A program made the translations under genes and the position numbers. From an uncultured delta proteobacterium (lineage in GTDB: Bacteria > Desulfobacterota > Syntrophia > Syntrophales > UBA2192), in the NCBI GenBank assembly GCA_963705165.1, contig CAVPJD010000007.1, positions 19,194-83,193 on the forward strand: a DNA stretch of 64,000 bases, read 5' to 3'. Positions 28,736-38,840 of the stretch are shown in pieces. Numbering within the stretch: the stretch's first letter is position 1; each line of letters begins with the position of its first letter. The notes beneath the pieces were generated by a model, which saw only the letters and a program-made list of their open reading frames with translations, was not told the origin of the DNA and did not search any database.

Positions 28736-29806
28736 TCAGACGGCCCGTTCCTTCAAACCGTAGACATAAGCCAGAATCTCGGCGACGGCACGGTAGAGAT
28801 CCTCCGGGATCGCCTGATCCACATCGATCGTTTTATACAATAGTTGTGCCACGGGTTTGTTCTCGATGACGGGCACCCCGTGGGCCGCGGCGATCTCCCG
28901 GATACTTTCCGCCACGAAGCCGGCCCCCTTGGCCACGACGGTGGGCGCGTACATCTTCTCGGGGTCATAACGGATGGCCACGGCCAGGTGCGTCGGGTTG
29001 GTGATGACCACATCGGCCTTGGGGACATTGGCCATCATGCGCTTGCGTGCCGCCTCGCGCTGGATACGGCGAATCCGCGACTTGATGATGGGATTGCCCT
29101 CGGTCTGCTTGTACTCGTCCTTGACCTCCTGGTGCGACATACGGATCCCCTTCTCGAACTCCCAGCGCTGGTAAAGGTAATCCACGATCGCCAGTACGAT
29201 GAGGATCCAGCAGGTCGTGATCAGGATCTTGAAGGAGATCCTCCCCGTGTACAGGAGGATCCCCCCGAGGGACTCGTCCATCAGCGGGATCATGTTCTGG
29301 AGTTCGTCCTTCAGGGTGAACCAGACAACGACGGTTACGATGGCCATTTTCAGAAGGCTCTTGACCAGTTCCACGAGCGAGCGCAGGGCAAAAAGCCGCT
29401 GGAACCCCTTGATGGGGTCGATCTTCTCGAATTTCGGGGCCAGCGTCTCGGTGGAGAAGACGAAGCCGATCTGGAGATAATTGGCCAGGAGACCGGCAAT
29501 GACCACCGTGAGCAGCAGCGGCGCCATGACCAGGAAGAGCTTCCAGGTCCAGCCCCACATCAGCGCGTTGATGTTGTTGAGACTGACGGCCGTCGTGCCG
29601 CTCTCCCGCAACGTCCAGCTCGTGAGGTCCATCAGGCGCTCGATCATCCCGCCGGAGCCGAAATAGAAAAAGATCGTGCAGGCAAGCAGGATCGCCGCCG
29701 AGGCCACTTCCGGGCTCTTGGCGACCTGGCCCTTGTTCCGGGCTTCTTCGCGTCGCTTGGGCGACGCCTGTTCATTTCGTTCCTGGTCCTTGTCGATGTC
29801 GGCCAT
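28736..29806 (-). CDS. flhB: Flagellar export protein FlhB
   Basis: KGQVAKS, VVITNPTH autocleavage motif. Confidence 0.97.
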   Translation of the reverse strand: MADIDKDQERNEQASPKRREEARNKGQVAKSPEVASAAILLACTIFFYFGSGGMIERLMDLTSWTLRESGTTAVSLNNINALMWGWTWKLFLVMAPLLLTVVIAGLLANYLQIGFVFSTETLAPKFEKIDPIKGFQRLFALRSLVELVKSLLKMAIVTVVVWFTLKDELQNMIPLMDESLGGILLYTGRISFKILITTCWILIVLAIVDYLYQRWEFEKGIRMSHQEVKDEYKQTEGNPIIKSRIRRIQREAARKRMMANVPKADVVITNPTHLAVAIRYDPEKMYAPTVVAKGAGFVAESIREIAAAHGVPVIENKPVAQLLYKTIDVDQAIPEDLYRAVAEILAYVYGLKERAV

Positions 29807-29980
29807 GAATACAGGGCTCAGGGTTCAGGGTCTAGGGTTCAGGGTGAATAAAAGGCCTCAAGGGCCTTCAACCATGCCGTTCTGCAACCCGTGCAACATT
29901 GTTCCGGCCTTCTGACGCTGACGTCAAAAAACAGGCAAAAAGACCGGAAATATCATGCAAATAGCGTTGATGGACAGGAT

Positions 29981-29996
29981 TGCAGACTTCGTGCCG
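29981..29996 (-). promoter_or_regulatory. Possible sigma54 promoter of flhB-flhA-flhF-flhG-fliA
   Basis: Minus strand CGGCACGAAGTCTGCA (GG-N10-GC). Confidence 0.55.
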
Positions 29997-30095
29997 AAAC
30001 GGGGGGAGTGGGCGTATCTCGGGCGACTATCTTTTTCCGTTTTTCCGGAACCCTGGACCCTGCACCCTGGACCCTGTCCCCGGCGCCTTTGGCGC

Positions 30096-30869
30096 CTACA
30101 TCGCCCTGAGCAAAAGGCTCATTTCGGCGGGGAGATTCGAGAAGATCCCTGACGCAATCTGGAGAAACAGGGGGATGGTGAGTCCGACCCCGATGAGCCC
30201 GATGGCGATCTGGAGGGGAATGCCGACGATGAAAACGTTCATCTGGGGGACGGTCCGGGCAATGAGCCCCAGGCCGAGATTGGCAAACAGCAGCGCCACA
30301 ACGATCGGCGCCGAGATCTTCACGGCGATGACGAACAGGTTCCGGGACAGATCGACAAGGCTCTGCGCCAGTGCCCCCGTCATGTGGAACCCGAGGACCG
30401 GCAGCATCGTATAGCTCTCCGAGACGGCCTGGATCAGCATGTGGTGACCGTTGACGCCCAGAAAGAGAAGCCCCGCAAAAAGGTACTGGATCTCGGCGAT
30501 GACGGAGACCTGGTCGCTCGTGAGGGGGTCGATGACGTTGATGATGGAGAAACCCATCTGGAAGCCTACGAGATCACCGGCCATCCGGATGCCCGCAAAA
30601 GCAAGACGAGCGGCAAAACCCAGGGCGATCCCGATGAGGACCTCGCCCCCCATTCTCAGGCCGAGCGTGAAAAGATCATCGGCGCCCGCGGCAGGGTGCC
30701 CGACGAAGGGAAGAACGAGAAAGGTGATGATTATTGCCAGCCCCCCCTTGACCCGGACAGGGGTCGTCCGGTCCCCGAGGATGGGGATCATCACCACGAT
30801 GGTGCTGACCCGGAGCAAAACGAGAAAGAAGAGCTCGATCTGCCCGGCGGAGAAGTTGGGAATGTTCAT
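30096..30869 (-). CDS. fliR: FliR
   Basis: Hydrophobic; GFQMGF; RTVPQMNVF. Confidence 0.95.
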   Translation of the reverse strand: MNIPNFSAGQIELFFLVLLRVSTIVVMIPILGDRTTPVRVKGGLAIIITFLVLPFVGHPAAGADDLFTLGLRMGGEVLIGIALGFAARLAFAGIRMAGDLVGFQMGFSIINVIDPLTSDQVSVIAEIQYLFAGLLFLGVNGHHMLIQAVSESYTMLPVLGFHMTGALAQSLVDLSRNLFVIAVKISAPIVVALLFANLGLGLIARTVPQMNVFIVGIPLQIAIGLIGVGLTIPLFLQIASGIFSNLPAEMSLLLRAM

Positions 30870-30969
30870 GTCCCCACTCGATCTGCAGTGGCCCGGTTTC
30901 TATGGAGGGCGGTGACATCTTCTCTTCACCTTCTACACCCTACACCCTATACCCTATACCCTGTCAGCC

Positions 30970-31239
30970 TTACCGTATGTAATTCGGTATGTTCGAAAAA
31001 AGGTTGTGCGTGAAGTTCACGAGCATGTCCATCATCCAGGGTGCGGCGAAGAGAAGGGCCAGCATGACGGCGATGATCTTGGGCACAAAGGCAAGCGTCA
31101 TCTCGTGCACCTGGGTCACAGCCTGAAAGATGCTGATCACGAGGCCCACGACGAGTCCCACGAGCAGCACCGGGGCCGACACGAGAAGGGTCACCTTCAT
31201 CGTCTCCGCTGCGATGCCCATGATCAGATCGGTTGACAT
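30970..31239 (-). CDS. fliQ: FliQ
   Basis: GLVISIFQAVTQVHEMTLAFVPK. Confidence 0.96.
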   Translation of the reverse strand: MSTDLIMGIAAETMKVTLLVSAPVLLVGLVVGLVISIFQAVTQVHEMTLAFVPKIIAVMLALLFAAPWMMDMLVNFTHNLFSNIPNYIR

Positions 31240-31264
31240 GACTGCCCTTATCCTTTCCGGAGCC

Positions 31265-32035
31265 TCAATGGAAGCTCTGGACGAGCGATCCGATGATGAG
31301 ATACCAGCCGTCGACGAGCACGAACAGCAGGAGCTTGAAAGGCAGGCTGATCATGACCGGGGGCAGCATCATCATCCCCATCGACAGCAGGATACTGGCC
31401 ACGACCATGTCGATGACCAGGAAGGGGATGTAGATGAGAAACCCGATCTGAAAGGCCGTCTTCAGCTCGCTGATCACGAAGGCCGGAATGAGCGCCAAAA
31501 GGCCGACATCGGCTTGTTTTTCAGGTTTCTTCCCTCCGGAGATCTTGATGAACAGCTCCATGTCCTTCTCGCGGGTCTGCTTCAGCATGAAGTCCCGGAT
31601 CGGGTCCGCCGCCTTGTCGAAGGCCTGCTGCGTGGAGATCTGCTCGTTCATGTAAGGCTGGATGGCGTCGCTGTTCACCTTCTGCCAGACGGGCGTCATG
31701 ATGAAGAAGGTCAGAAATAGCGACAGCCCGACGATGATCTGGTTTGCCGGCATCTGCTGGGTCCCCAGGGCGTGCCTCAGGATCGACAGCACGACAACGA
31801 TCCGCGTGAAGGAGGTCACCATCATGAGAATCGCCGGGGCGAGCGAAAGCACCGTGAGCAGCAGCAGGAGCTGCATCACCACGGCCACCTTGCCCGGCTC
31901 GCCGGATCCGTCGCCGAAGTTCAGGCTGACCGAGGGGATGGGCATGTTCTGCGCCCCCGCCGGCCCTGCCAGGGCAAGCCCGGCGACAGCAGACAACACG
32001 AGCGCAAGCAGGATCCTGTAATAAGTCCGGCTCAT
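31265..32035 (-). CDS. fliP: FliP
   Basis: TSFTRIVVVLS; MGMMMLPPVMISLPFKLLLFVLVDGW. Confidence 0.97.
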   Translation of the reverse strand: MSRTYYRILLALVLSAVAGLALAGPAGAQNMPIPSVSLNFGDGSGEPGKVAVVMQLLLLLTVLSLAPAILMMVTSFTRIVVVLSILRHALGTQQMPANQIIVGLSLFLTFFIMTPVWQKVNSDAIQPYMNEQISTQQAFDKAADPIRDFMLKQTREKDMELFIKISGGKKPEKQADVGLLALIPAFVISELKTAFQIGFLIYIPFLVIDMVVASILLSMGMMMLPPVMISLPFKLLLFVLVDGWYLIIGSLVQSFH

Positions 32036-32436
32036 GGTTCCTTGTTCAGTCGGGAGCCTGCCAGGCTCAGGGTTTTCAGTTTGCGTTTGTACAGGGTGAT
32101 CTGGTCAAGGAAGGGCTGCGAGGACGAATCATCGGTCCGGGATGACCTCAGGCGCTCGAGGGACTCCTCGTCGGTGATGGTGGTGAGCATGGAGATCTGG
32201 CTGGGAGTCACGCCGACGACGATCACGCTGCCCAGCACATCGAGGAGCATAATGCTCGACTTCGGGCCCAGGTAGCGGGAGGACAGGACCCGGATCTTCT
32301 GCCCGTCGTCCACGCCCGTGCCCGTCTTTTTCATGAACTTCCGGACGGCCCAGAGAGCGGCGAGCATAACCCCGAGAACGACGGCCAGGGCCGAGATCAT
32401 CTTCACAAGCGATGCGAGAAAATCGAAGGTACCCAT
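32032..32436 (-). CDS. fliO: FliO
   Basis: TM helix followed by IRVL..LGPKSSIMLLDV..VVGVT; lies between fliN and fliP. Confidence 0.88.
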   Translation of the reverse strand: MGTFDFLASLVKMISALAVVLGVMLAALWAVRKFMKKTGTGVDDGQKIRVLSSRYLGPKSSIMLLDVLGSVIVVGVTPSQISMLTTITDEESLERLRSSRTDDSSSQPFLDQITLYKRKLKTLSLAGSRLNKEP

Positions 32437-32454
32437 GGGACTCCGTTCCCCCTC

Positions 32455-32910
32455 TCAGCGAAGCTTAAGGATGCGCTCGGCCGGGGAGATGATATCCGTC
32501 AGGCGGACGCCGAATTTCTCGTTGATGACGACGACCTCCCCGCGCGCGATCAGGCGCTGATTCACATAGACGTCCATGGGCTCGCCGGCGATCTTCTGCA
32601 GTTCGACGACGGATCCCTGGCCGAGCTGCAGCAGTTCGTTGATCAGGATCCGGCACCGGCCCAGCTCCACGGTGAGCGTCAGCGGGATGTCGAGGATGAA
32701 ATCGAGATCGAAGACCGCCCGGCCGCCGCCCGTCTTCTGCAGTTCGTTGAAATCGGGATCGCTGACTTCCGTCCGGGGCGGGGCCTGCCTGGATTTCTCC
32801 AGCTCGTCCTTGACGTCGTCCCAGCCGATTTCGCCCTCCTGCCCGGACGGGGCGCTCCCGGCCTCCTTGTTGATCTCCTGCATCATGCTGTCTACTTCAC
32901 TCTGTTCCAT
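32455..32910 (-). CDS. fliN: C-ring protein FliN
   Basis: LDFILDIPLTLTVELGR..GEVVVINEKFGVRLTDI. Confidence 0.95.
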   Translation of the reverse strand: MEQSEVDSMMQEINKEAGSAPSGQEGEIGWDDVKDELEKSRQAPPRTEVSDPDFNELQKTGGGRAVFDLDFILDIPLTLTVELGRCRILINELLQLGQGSVVELQKIAGEPMDVYVNQRLIARGEVVVINEKFGVRLTDIISPAERILKLR

Positions 32911-33898
32911 AGTACCGAGCCTCTTTTCCCTGAATCGTTCCCGCAATCTGAATCGCGCTGTTGCCCTTGTAGACACCCGGGAAGGCGGTGAGTTTCTGGA
33001 CGCCCTCCACGAAAATGTCGAGAGGGTCGACACGGTAGCGGTCGAGCATGATGACGTCTCCCTTCTTGAGGTCGACGACCTCCTTGCCGCTCACCTCGGA
33101 CCGCCCCAACTCCACGATGAGCTCCACCCGCGAGGCCATGAGCCCGTCCTTGAACCGGTTGGCCCACTCGCGGTCCACCTCCAACGCGTCGCTCTGGAAG
33201 CCCGCCTGCAGCTTCTCGCGCACGGGCTCCAGCATCGAGTAGGGGATGCAGATGGAGACGATGCCCGAGGAGAATTCCATCTCGATCTCGAAGTGGACGA
33301 CGACGACGACGTCGGTGAGCGGCACGATGTGGGCGAACTGGGGATTGATCTCGGAGCGCTGATGGCTGATCTTCACCTCGAGAATGGCCTTCCAGGCCTT
33401 CTCGAAATCGGTGAGCGCGCTGAGCACAACGCGCTTGATGAGGCGGTTTTCAATGGCGGTAAATTCGCGGCCCTCGATCTTGAAGCTCGACTGTCCCGAG
33501 CCGCCGAAGAGAATGTCCACCAGCGAAAAGATCACTTTCGACTCGACGACGAAGATGGCGCTGCCCCGAAGCGGATCCATCCTGAAGATGTGAAGGCTCG
33601 TCGGGACGGGTAGGGTTTTCATAAACTCGCCGAACTTCATCATCTCGACGGACAGCGTGCTCACCCCGACAACCCGGCGCAGGAGCGCAGAAAGGCTCAG
33701 CCGGAACAGGCGGGAGAATTTCTCCGTCGTCATCTCGAAGGTGGGCATCCTCCCCCGGATGATCCGGTCCTGGCTTGTCAGGTCATAGGCAAGGACATCG
33801 CCGGGCTCGCGCTGCTCGGCCCGGTCTGTGTCGATCTCCCCGCCCGAAAGGCCTTTCAAGAGGACGTCTATCTCTTCCTGGGAAAGTATGTTGGTCAT
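32897..33898 (-). CDS. fliM: C-ring protein FliM
   Basis: ILSQEEIDVLL CheY-binding peptide; EGREFTAIE; SEINPQF. Confidence 0.96.
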   Translation of the reverse strand: MTNILSQEEIDVLLKGLSGGEIDTDRAEQREPGDVLAYDLTSQDRIIRGRMPTFEMTTEKFSRLFRLSLSALLRRVVGVSTLSVEMMKFGEFMKTLPVPTSLHIFRMDPLRGSAIFVVESKVIFSLVDILFGGSGQSSFKIEGREFTAIENRLIKRVVLSALTDFEKAWKAILEVKISHQRSEINPQFAHIVPLTDVVVVVHFEIEMEFSSGIVSICIPYSMLEPVREKLQAGFQSDALEVDREWANRFKDGLMASRVELIVELGRSEVSGKEVVDLKKGDVIMLDRYRVDPLDIFVEGVQKLTAFPGVYKGNSAIQIAGTIQGKEARYYGTE

Positions 33899-33933
33899 AA
33901 TCGAATCGGTCTATCCCGTCCTATGAAAAATGT

Positions 33934-34092
33934 TTCCTTAATCTTCCTCTCCCCTCCGAGGGAGAGGATTGAGGTCCTTCGACATCCTTCGATGAACTCA
34001 GGACAGGCGCTCAGGATGACTTCTCTGTTCGCCATGGTGAGCCTGTCGAACCATCACCCTCACCCTGACCCTCTCCCCTCAAGGGAGAGGGA
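33934..34092. repeat. Composite nested palindromic repeat, copy 1
   Basis: CCTCTCCC..GGGAGAGG palindromes enclosing CCTTCGACA..GCTCAGGATGAC..CATGGTGAGCCTGTCGAACC; second copy at 57861-58035. Confidence 0.8.
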
Positions 34093-34208
34093 AATAAAGG
34101 AAAGGGTCACTGACAGGTCTGTTCCGTCTGTTCCGTCCAAATCCCCCTATTTCCCTCTTTTGCAAAGGGTGATGACCGGGGGATTTCTTGCCTTTAGCCT
34201 TTAGCCTT

Positions 34209-34709
34209 TTATTGCACGACAAAGTCCGTAAAATACACCTGGACGACTTTGCCTTTCGTCATCTGATTATTGAGCCGCAGGGCAATCTCTTCCTTGAGAC
34301 GCTGTTTGCCCTCGAAGTTGTTCACGTCCTTGAGACCCTTTACGGTAAGCACGCTCAGGACCATATCGCGGACCTTGGGCTTCATCACGTCGAGTTCGGC
34401 CACGGCGAGAGGGTCCGAGAGCTCGAAATTCATGATCACCTTGAGATACCGGTCGGCATCGGCGTCGGCCAGGTTGATGATGAACACATCGGGGGCCCAG
34501 ACGGCGCCGATCGGGGGTTTTGCGGGGGCCTGGGCTTCCTTGTTTGCCGACTTGTTCAGGAAGAAATAGCCCCCGGCACCACCGCCGCCCAGCACCAGCA
34601 GAACGACGATGCCGATGATGATCCACTTGAGCTTCGAGCCCTTCTTCTTTTCCTTGCCGCCCTCGGCAACCTGTTCTTCCGGTTTGTTCTTTTCGACGTC
34701 CTTGGCCAT
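34209..34709 (-). CDS. fliL: FliL
   Basis: TM helix with GGGGAGGYFF; FIINLAD..RYLKV..VYFTDFVVQ. Confidence 0.93.
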   Translation of the reverse strand: MAKDVEKNKPEEQVAEGGKEKKKGSKLKWIIIGIVVLLVLGGGGAGGYFFLNKSANKEAQAPAKPPIGAVWAPDVFIINLADADADRYLKVIMNFELSDPLAVAELDVMKPKVRDMVLSVLTVKGLKDVNNFEGKQRLKEEIALRLNNQMTKGKVVQVYFTDFVVQ

Positions 34710-34894
34710 GCTTCCCCCATTTTGCTCTTGCGAGTTCGCTCTTCGGCACGCGCCCCGCGTGCATGCTGCCTGCCGGGCCCCGGAGCATCCGACACCGGGT
34801 ACCGGCCCCCGCGCCGCCCGACCCGCCACGGAAAGTCCCGGGTGCCGAATCCACGGGCGAAACTCGCGAGCTGCACAGGTGCACATTCGATATG

Positions 34895-34910
34895 AGCAAA
34901 TTCCATACCA
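34895..34910 (-). promoter_or_regulatory. Sigma54 promoter of fliLMNOPQR
   Basis: Minus strand TGGTATGGAATTTGCT. Confidence 0.85.
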
Positions 34911-35047
34911 ACCGAAACAGAAGGATTTTCAAGAGATTCCGGCCGACAGAGCCTGCCGGCAGAAGGATGCGGAAGGATGGTGCGCCAACCCGCGGCCAAG
35001 CCGGGCGCAATAAGGCATCCGGAGAGGGCGCGGAGTGCCCTGAACGG

Positions 35048-35061
35048 GTCAACAATTTGAC
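35048..35061. promoter_or_regulatory. FleQ-type enhancer box upstream of the fliL promoter
   Basis: GTCAACAATTTGAC (GTCAA-N4-TTGAC), about 140 bp upstream of the -24 element. Confidence 0.65.
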
Positions 35062-35134
35062 GGTACGCAACAGAGCGCCGGGCTGCCCCCGCCCTGCGGC
35101 TTACCGCAAACCAGGGGCAACCCGGCGGATTAAA

Positions 35135-36672
35135 TTACCGCTTGGTGTTCATCAGTGCCGTCATCATGTCATCGGTGGTTGTGATGATCTTGGCGCTAGC
35201 CTGGTAGGCCCTCTGGGCCGTGATCATGTTGATGAACTCGGTGCCGATATCGGTGTTCGACATCTCCAGGGAATTGGATTTCACTTCGCCAAGCCCCCCG
35301 GATCCGGGAACGTTGATGATCGCTTGTCCCGAGGTGAGGGTCTCACTGAAGAGGTTCTGCCCCATCTTCTTGAGGCCCCAGGGGTTGGCAAAGTCGGCCA
35401 GGGCGATCTGGCCCAGCGCGGTCGTCTGGCCGTTGGTAAAGTATCCCGTGATAATGCCGTTGCCCTCGATGGCAAGGCTCTTGAGGACTCCGGAAGGATA
35501 TCCGTTGCTGTTCAGGGCCTTGACGGCCGATGCGGAGGCGTATCCGGTGATCGTCTGAGCGCGGGCCGACGAGATGTCCCAGGTCAGGCTGTTGGAGGAA
35601 CCGATGGTGGCCCCGTTGGCGAGTTGGGTCCCGTCAACGGTCACAGAGATATCCACCGGGGTCGATGGCCGTCCGGTTGAGGGTCAATGTCGCCGTATCG
35701 CCTGAAGCCCACGCGTTGGCAAGGGAGATCGTGATATCGGCCGTCCCCGAATTGTCGAGATCGATCGTCAGGGAGTCATCGGAGCCCGCAGTGCCATAGC
35801 CGAGAATCCTTGCGGTCGGGTACTGGGTGGAGGCAATGCCCCACGTGTCGGCACTAGCCCCGCGGGTCAGGGTGACGGTCCCGCTCTGGTAGATATTTCC
35901 CGTGTGGCCCGGGGTGATGGCCACGCCGCTGACCGTCCCGGTCCCGGCGGTGACTTCGGAGCCCGAGGCCGTGGAGTTGTAGACCGACTCAAGGTTGCCG
36001 CTCCCGTCGAAGACAAACCCGCTGTAATTCTGCGAGACGACGGCGTTGCCGTCCAGAGTCGCGGCGGCACCCCAGGTCCCGTCACCCTCGGTCTTCGTGT
36101 AGGTCACGGCCAGGGTGTGGGCCGCGCCCAGCGTGTCGTAGACCGTCTGGGAAGAGTAGAAGCTGTCGCCCACTACAGCCCTGGCGTCGAGGTTGAGCCC
36201 GACGGAGAAGGTCGTCGGTGGTGACCGGAGCCGACTGGGCGCCGCTGGTGTTGACGTCACCCAGCGATGCCGAACCCGGCGCGTAGCCCTGGATACGGTA
36301 ATTGTTGACGTCGACAAGATACCCATTTCCGTCGATGTGCATGGCCCCGGCCCGCGTGTAATACGAGGAGCCGCCGCTGTCCTGGGCAATGAAAAAGCCG
36401 CCTCCGTCGACGGCCAGGTCGAGGCCGCTGGCGGTGGACTCGAGGGAGCCCTGGCTGAACTGGGTGGCCACGTCGGCCACGGTAACGCCCTGGCCGATCT
36501 GCATCATGCCCGACGAGCCGCCGGAGAGGCTCTGGCTCAGCACGTTGGCAAAATAGGCCTTCCCCGCTTTGAAGCCCATCGTGTTGGAGTTGGCGATGTT
36601 GTTACCGATGACGTCCAGTTGTTTCGAGCTGGCATTCAATCCCGAGATTGCGATCCACAGTGCACTTCCCAT
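35135..36672 (-). CDS. flgE: Flagellar hook protein FlgE (three fragments; apparent +1 insertions near 36217 and 35659)
   Basis: SGLNA..VIGNNIANSNTMGFK; VYDTLGAAH; LEMSNTDIGTEFINMITAQRAYQA in successive frames. Confidence 0.93.
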
Positions 36673-36723
36673 CTCTATATCCTCCTGGTTTCCTCAGCCT
36701 TTATTTCCATTTTCATTCGTCTT

Positions 36724-37375
36724 CTACTGCTTCACGGAAACGACGTCGCTCAAAGCGATCTCCTGCCCGCCCACGCTGAGGTAGGTGGCACCGTCATGGA
36801 AATTCACGCCGGTCACTGCTCCCTGGGTCATGGTACTGGCATTGACGGACTTGCCGGACTGGCCGAGGGCGCTCACCGCAAAGGTGTAGGTTCCCTTTGC
36901 GGAGCCGGGACAGTTCCACGTGACGGAATTCAGCCCCTGCTTCTGGTTCTTGAAGCTGAGGGTGTCCACCAACTGCCCGTTCGGATCATAGACCTGGATC
37001 TGCCCGCTGACGGCATCCCCGGCGAGGTTGTAGCCGAGCGTCACGGGGTTCCCGTTTACGCTGACTGCGTCACCCTTGGCCAGGACCTGTTTGCCGATGA
37101 GGTTCACGGCCTGCGCGTTGCCCAGCGACTGCTGCTGCTGGGTGAAGGAGGTCAGCTGGGTATTGATGTTCTGGAGCTGCTCCAGGCTGGAGAACTGGGC
37201 CAGCTGCGCCGTGAAGGCCGTGCCGTCCATGGGGTTCATCGGGTCCTGGTGCTTGAGCTGGGCGAACGAGCATCTTCAGGAACTCGTCCTTGCCCATGAC
37301 ATTTTTGGTGCTGGCCGTCGTGGTGGTCGTCGTCGCAGCGCCTGCCGCGGACTGTATCGTGCTCGTGTCACTCAT
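36724..37375 (-). CDS. flgD: Hook cap protein FlgD (apparent +1 insertion near 37265)
   Basis: MGKDEFLKML, then in shifted frame (AQLKHQDP)MNPMD..FTAQLAQFSSLEQL. Confidence 0.93.
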
Positions 37376-37404
37376 GGTTGAACTCCTCCCGGTTTCACTT
37401 TCCG

Positions 37405-38796
37405 TCATGCAAAGATGCTGATTCCGCTATCCCCTGTTCGGAGAGGCCGCGCCGGTGGCCCCTGGGCGGCATGCCCCGATTCCTTTTCGTGTTTTCGTTC
37501 TTCTCTCCCGGCAGAATTCTCGCGGTCAAACCCCGCCTCCTGCCAGAAGTTCGAGCCGGCATCGTCGGGCCGGTTCTGGACGAGGACCTCCAGGCGGTCG
37601 ATCTGGAACCCCTTGTCCTGAAGGGCATTGCGCAGATCGTCCATGCCGGCCTGGAGCATCTGCTTGACCTCCTGGTTGTCGGCCAGCATGACCATCTTCA
37701 CGCGGTTGTCCTGCACGACGACATCGAGATCCAGCGTACCGAGCCGGGGAGGCTGAAGGGTCATGGTCACCCGGCCGGAGCCTTCCCGAAGGATCTGGGT
37801 CGCCCCGTCGAGGACCTGGCTCATCACGGCCTGCGGCCTTGCAGGCGCAGCGCTGTCTATTCCCCTGCCCGGAAGAACGGAAATCGTTCCGGCGCCGGCG
37901 GGCACATCGCGAATCTCGGGAATTGTATCGAACGGGGCTCCCTGTTTTTTCGCCTGGCCCGCTGAGGTCAATTTGTCCTGCGTGTTCTCCATCAGGTTTG
38001 CAAATTCCTGCTTCACCTTATCCGCCGAAGAAATGGACTGGAATTCCTTTCCCTCACCCTCGGGGACGTCGCGCAGGATAAATGCCTGCTGAGCCTTCCC
38101 CGATTTTCCGCTTTTGAGTTTTTGCGGACGCTGAGCGTCGTCACCGCCCGAGAGATTCTTGAGCACCTCCCCTTCCTTTGCCATCATCGACTTGACGGCA
38201 CCGATCCCTTCGCGGCGGGTCAGAGGCTCGCCGTTGACGAACCCCGTCACCTGGGCCGCCTTTTTCTGCACGGCCAGGTTGCCGTTCTTCTGGATCATCT
38301 CCTTCAGCAGGGCCTCCTCGGCAGGGTTCAGGGCTCCCTTTTTCGTCGGATCGGCCGACTGCACGGCTTGCTGGCTATCCCCGTTGAGCTCCTTTTTCGT
38401 GCCCGCCTTCATGGCCGCACCTGCCAGTTCCTTCGCGTTCTCCAGCGTCTCTTTGGCCTGCACTTCGACAAAGGGCTGCTTGAGTCGCTGCTTGCCGGCA
38501 GCGAGCTGCCCGTTCACCAGCAGGAGCGCTTCCTCGCCTTGCTTGAGACCGGTATGCTTGGTCTTCATGGCAGGCTCTTTCGTCGTTTGCGCCTCTGTGC
38601 CGATCTTGAGATCCTGCCTCTTGGACTGGAGGATCTCGGCAAAAGACACGGTAAGCGCTGCTGCCGCGGCGGCTGCGTCTCTGGTTTCGTCCTGGTCGTC
38701 GCGTTTCTTGCCGGGGGCAACGTCGCGGCTCTTGGGCGCTTCCGGAAGGGCAACGGGGTCAAGTTGAATCGGCATGACTGGAGAATCCATGTTCAC
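37405..38796 (-). CDS. fliK: Hook-length control protein FliK
   Basis: Low-complexity N-terminus; MTLQPPRLGTLDL..LRNALQDKGF; ends GISIFA; lies upstream of flgD. Confidence 0.9.
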   Translation of the reverse strand: MNMDSPVMPIQLDPVALPEAPKSRDVAPGKKRDDQDETRDAAAAAAALTVSFAEILQSKRQDLKIGTEAQTTKEPAMKTKHTGLKQGEEALLLVNGQLAAGKQRLKQPFVEVQAKETLENAKELAGAAMKAGTKKELNGDSQQAVQSADPTKKGALNPAEEALLKEMIQKNGNLAVQKKAAQVTGFVNGEPLTRREGIGAVKSMMAKEGEVLKNLSGGDDAQRPQKLKSGKSGKAQQAFILRDVPEGEGKEFQSISSADKVKQEFANLMENTQDKLTSAGQAKKQGAPFDTIPEIRDVPAGAGTISVLPGRGIDSAAPARPQAVMSQVLDGATQILREGSGRVTMTLQPPRLGTLDLDVVVQDNRVKMVMLADNQEVKQMLQAGMDDLRNALQDKGFQIDRLEVLVQNRPDDAGSNFWQEAGFDRENSAGREERKHEKESGHAAQGPPARPLRTGDSGISIFA

Positions 38797-38824
38797 TCCT
38801 CAATGGGTTGTGACGAAGACGTTG

Positions 38825-38840
38825 AGCAACGCCTGTGCCA
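38825..38840 (-). promoter_or_regulatory. Sigma54 promoter of fliK-flgD-flgE
   Basis: Minus strand TGGCACAGGCGTTGCT. Confidence 0.9.

Noticed and set aside
29891..29906. Additional sigma54 promoter candidate CGGAACAATGTTGCA before flhB
   Set aside because: GG-GC spacing is 9 rather than the required 10
33923..34204. 93-aa ORF between fliL and fliM (similarly the start of 57881-58675)
   Set aside because: Translation of palindromic repeat DNA
34710..34890. c-di-GMP-I (GEMM) riboswitch in the fliL leader
   Set aside because: The GGCAAA..GAAA..GACGCAAAGC consensus elements were not found; kept only as an unknown structured leader
35634..37408. Programmed frameshifting or phase variation in flgE, flgD, fliC and flbT
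   Set aside because: No slippery heptamers or long homopolymers; the same +1 pattern occurs in polA and ahbA, so sequencing error is more parsimonious
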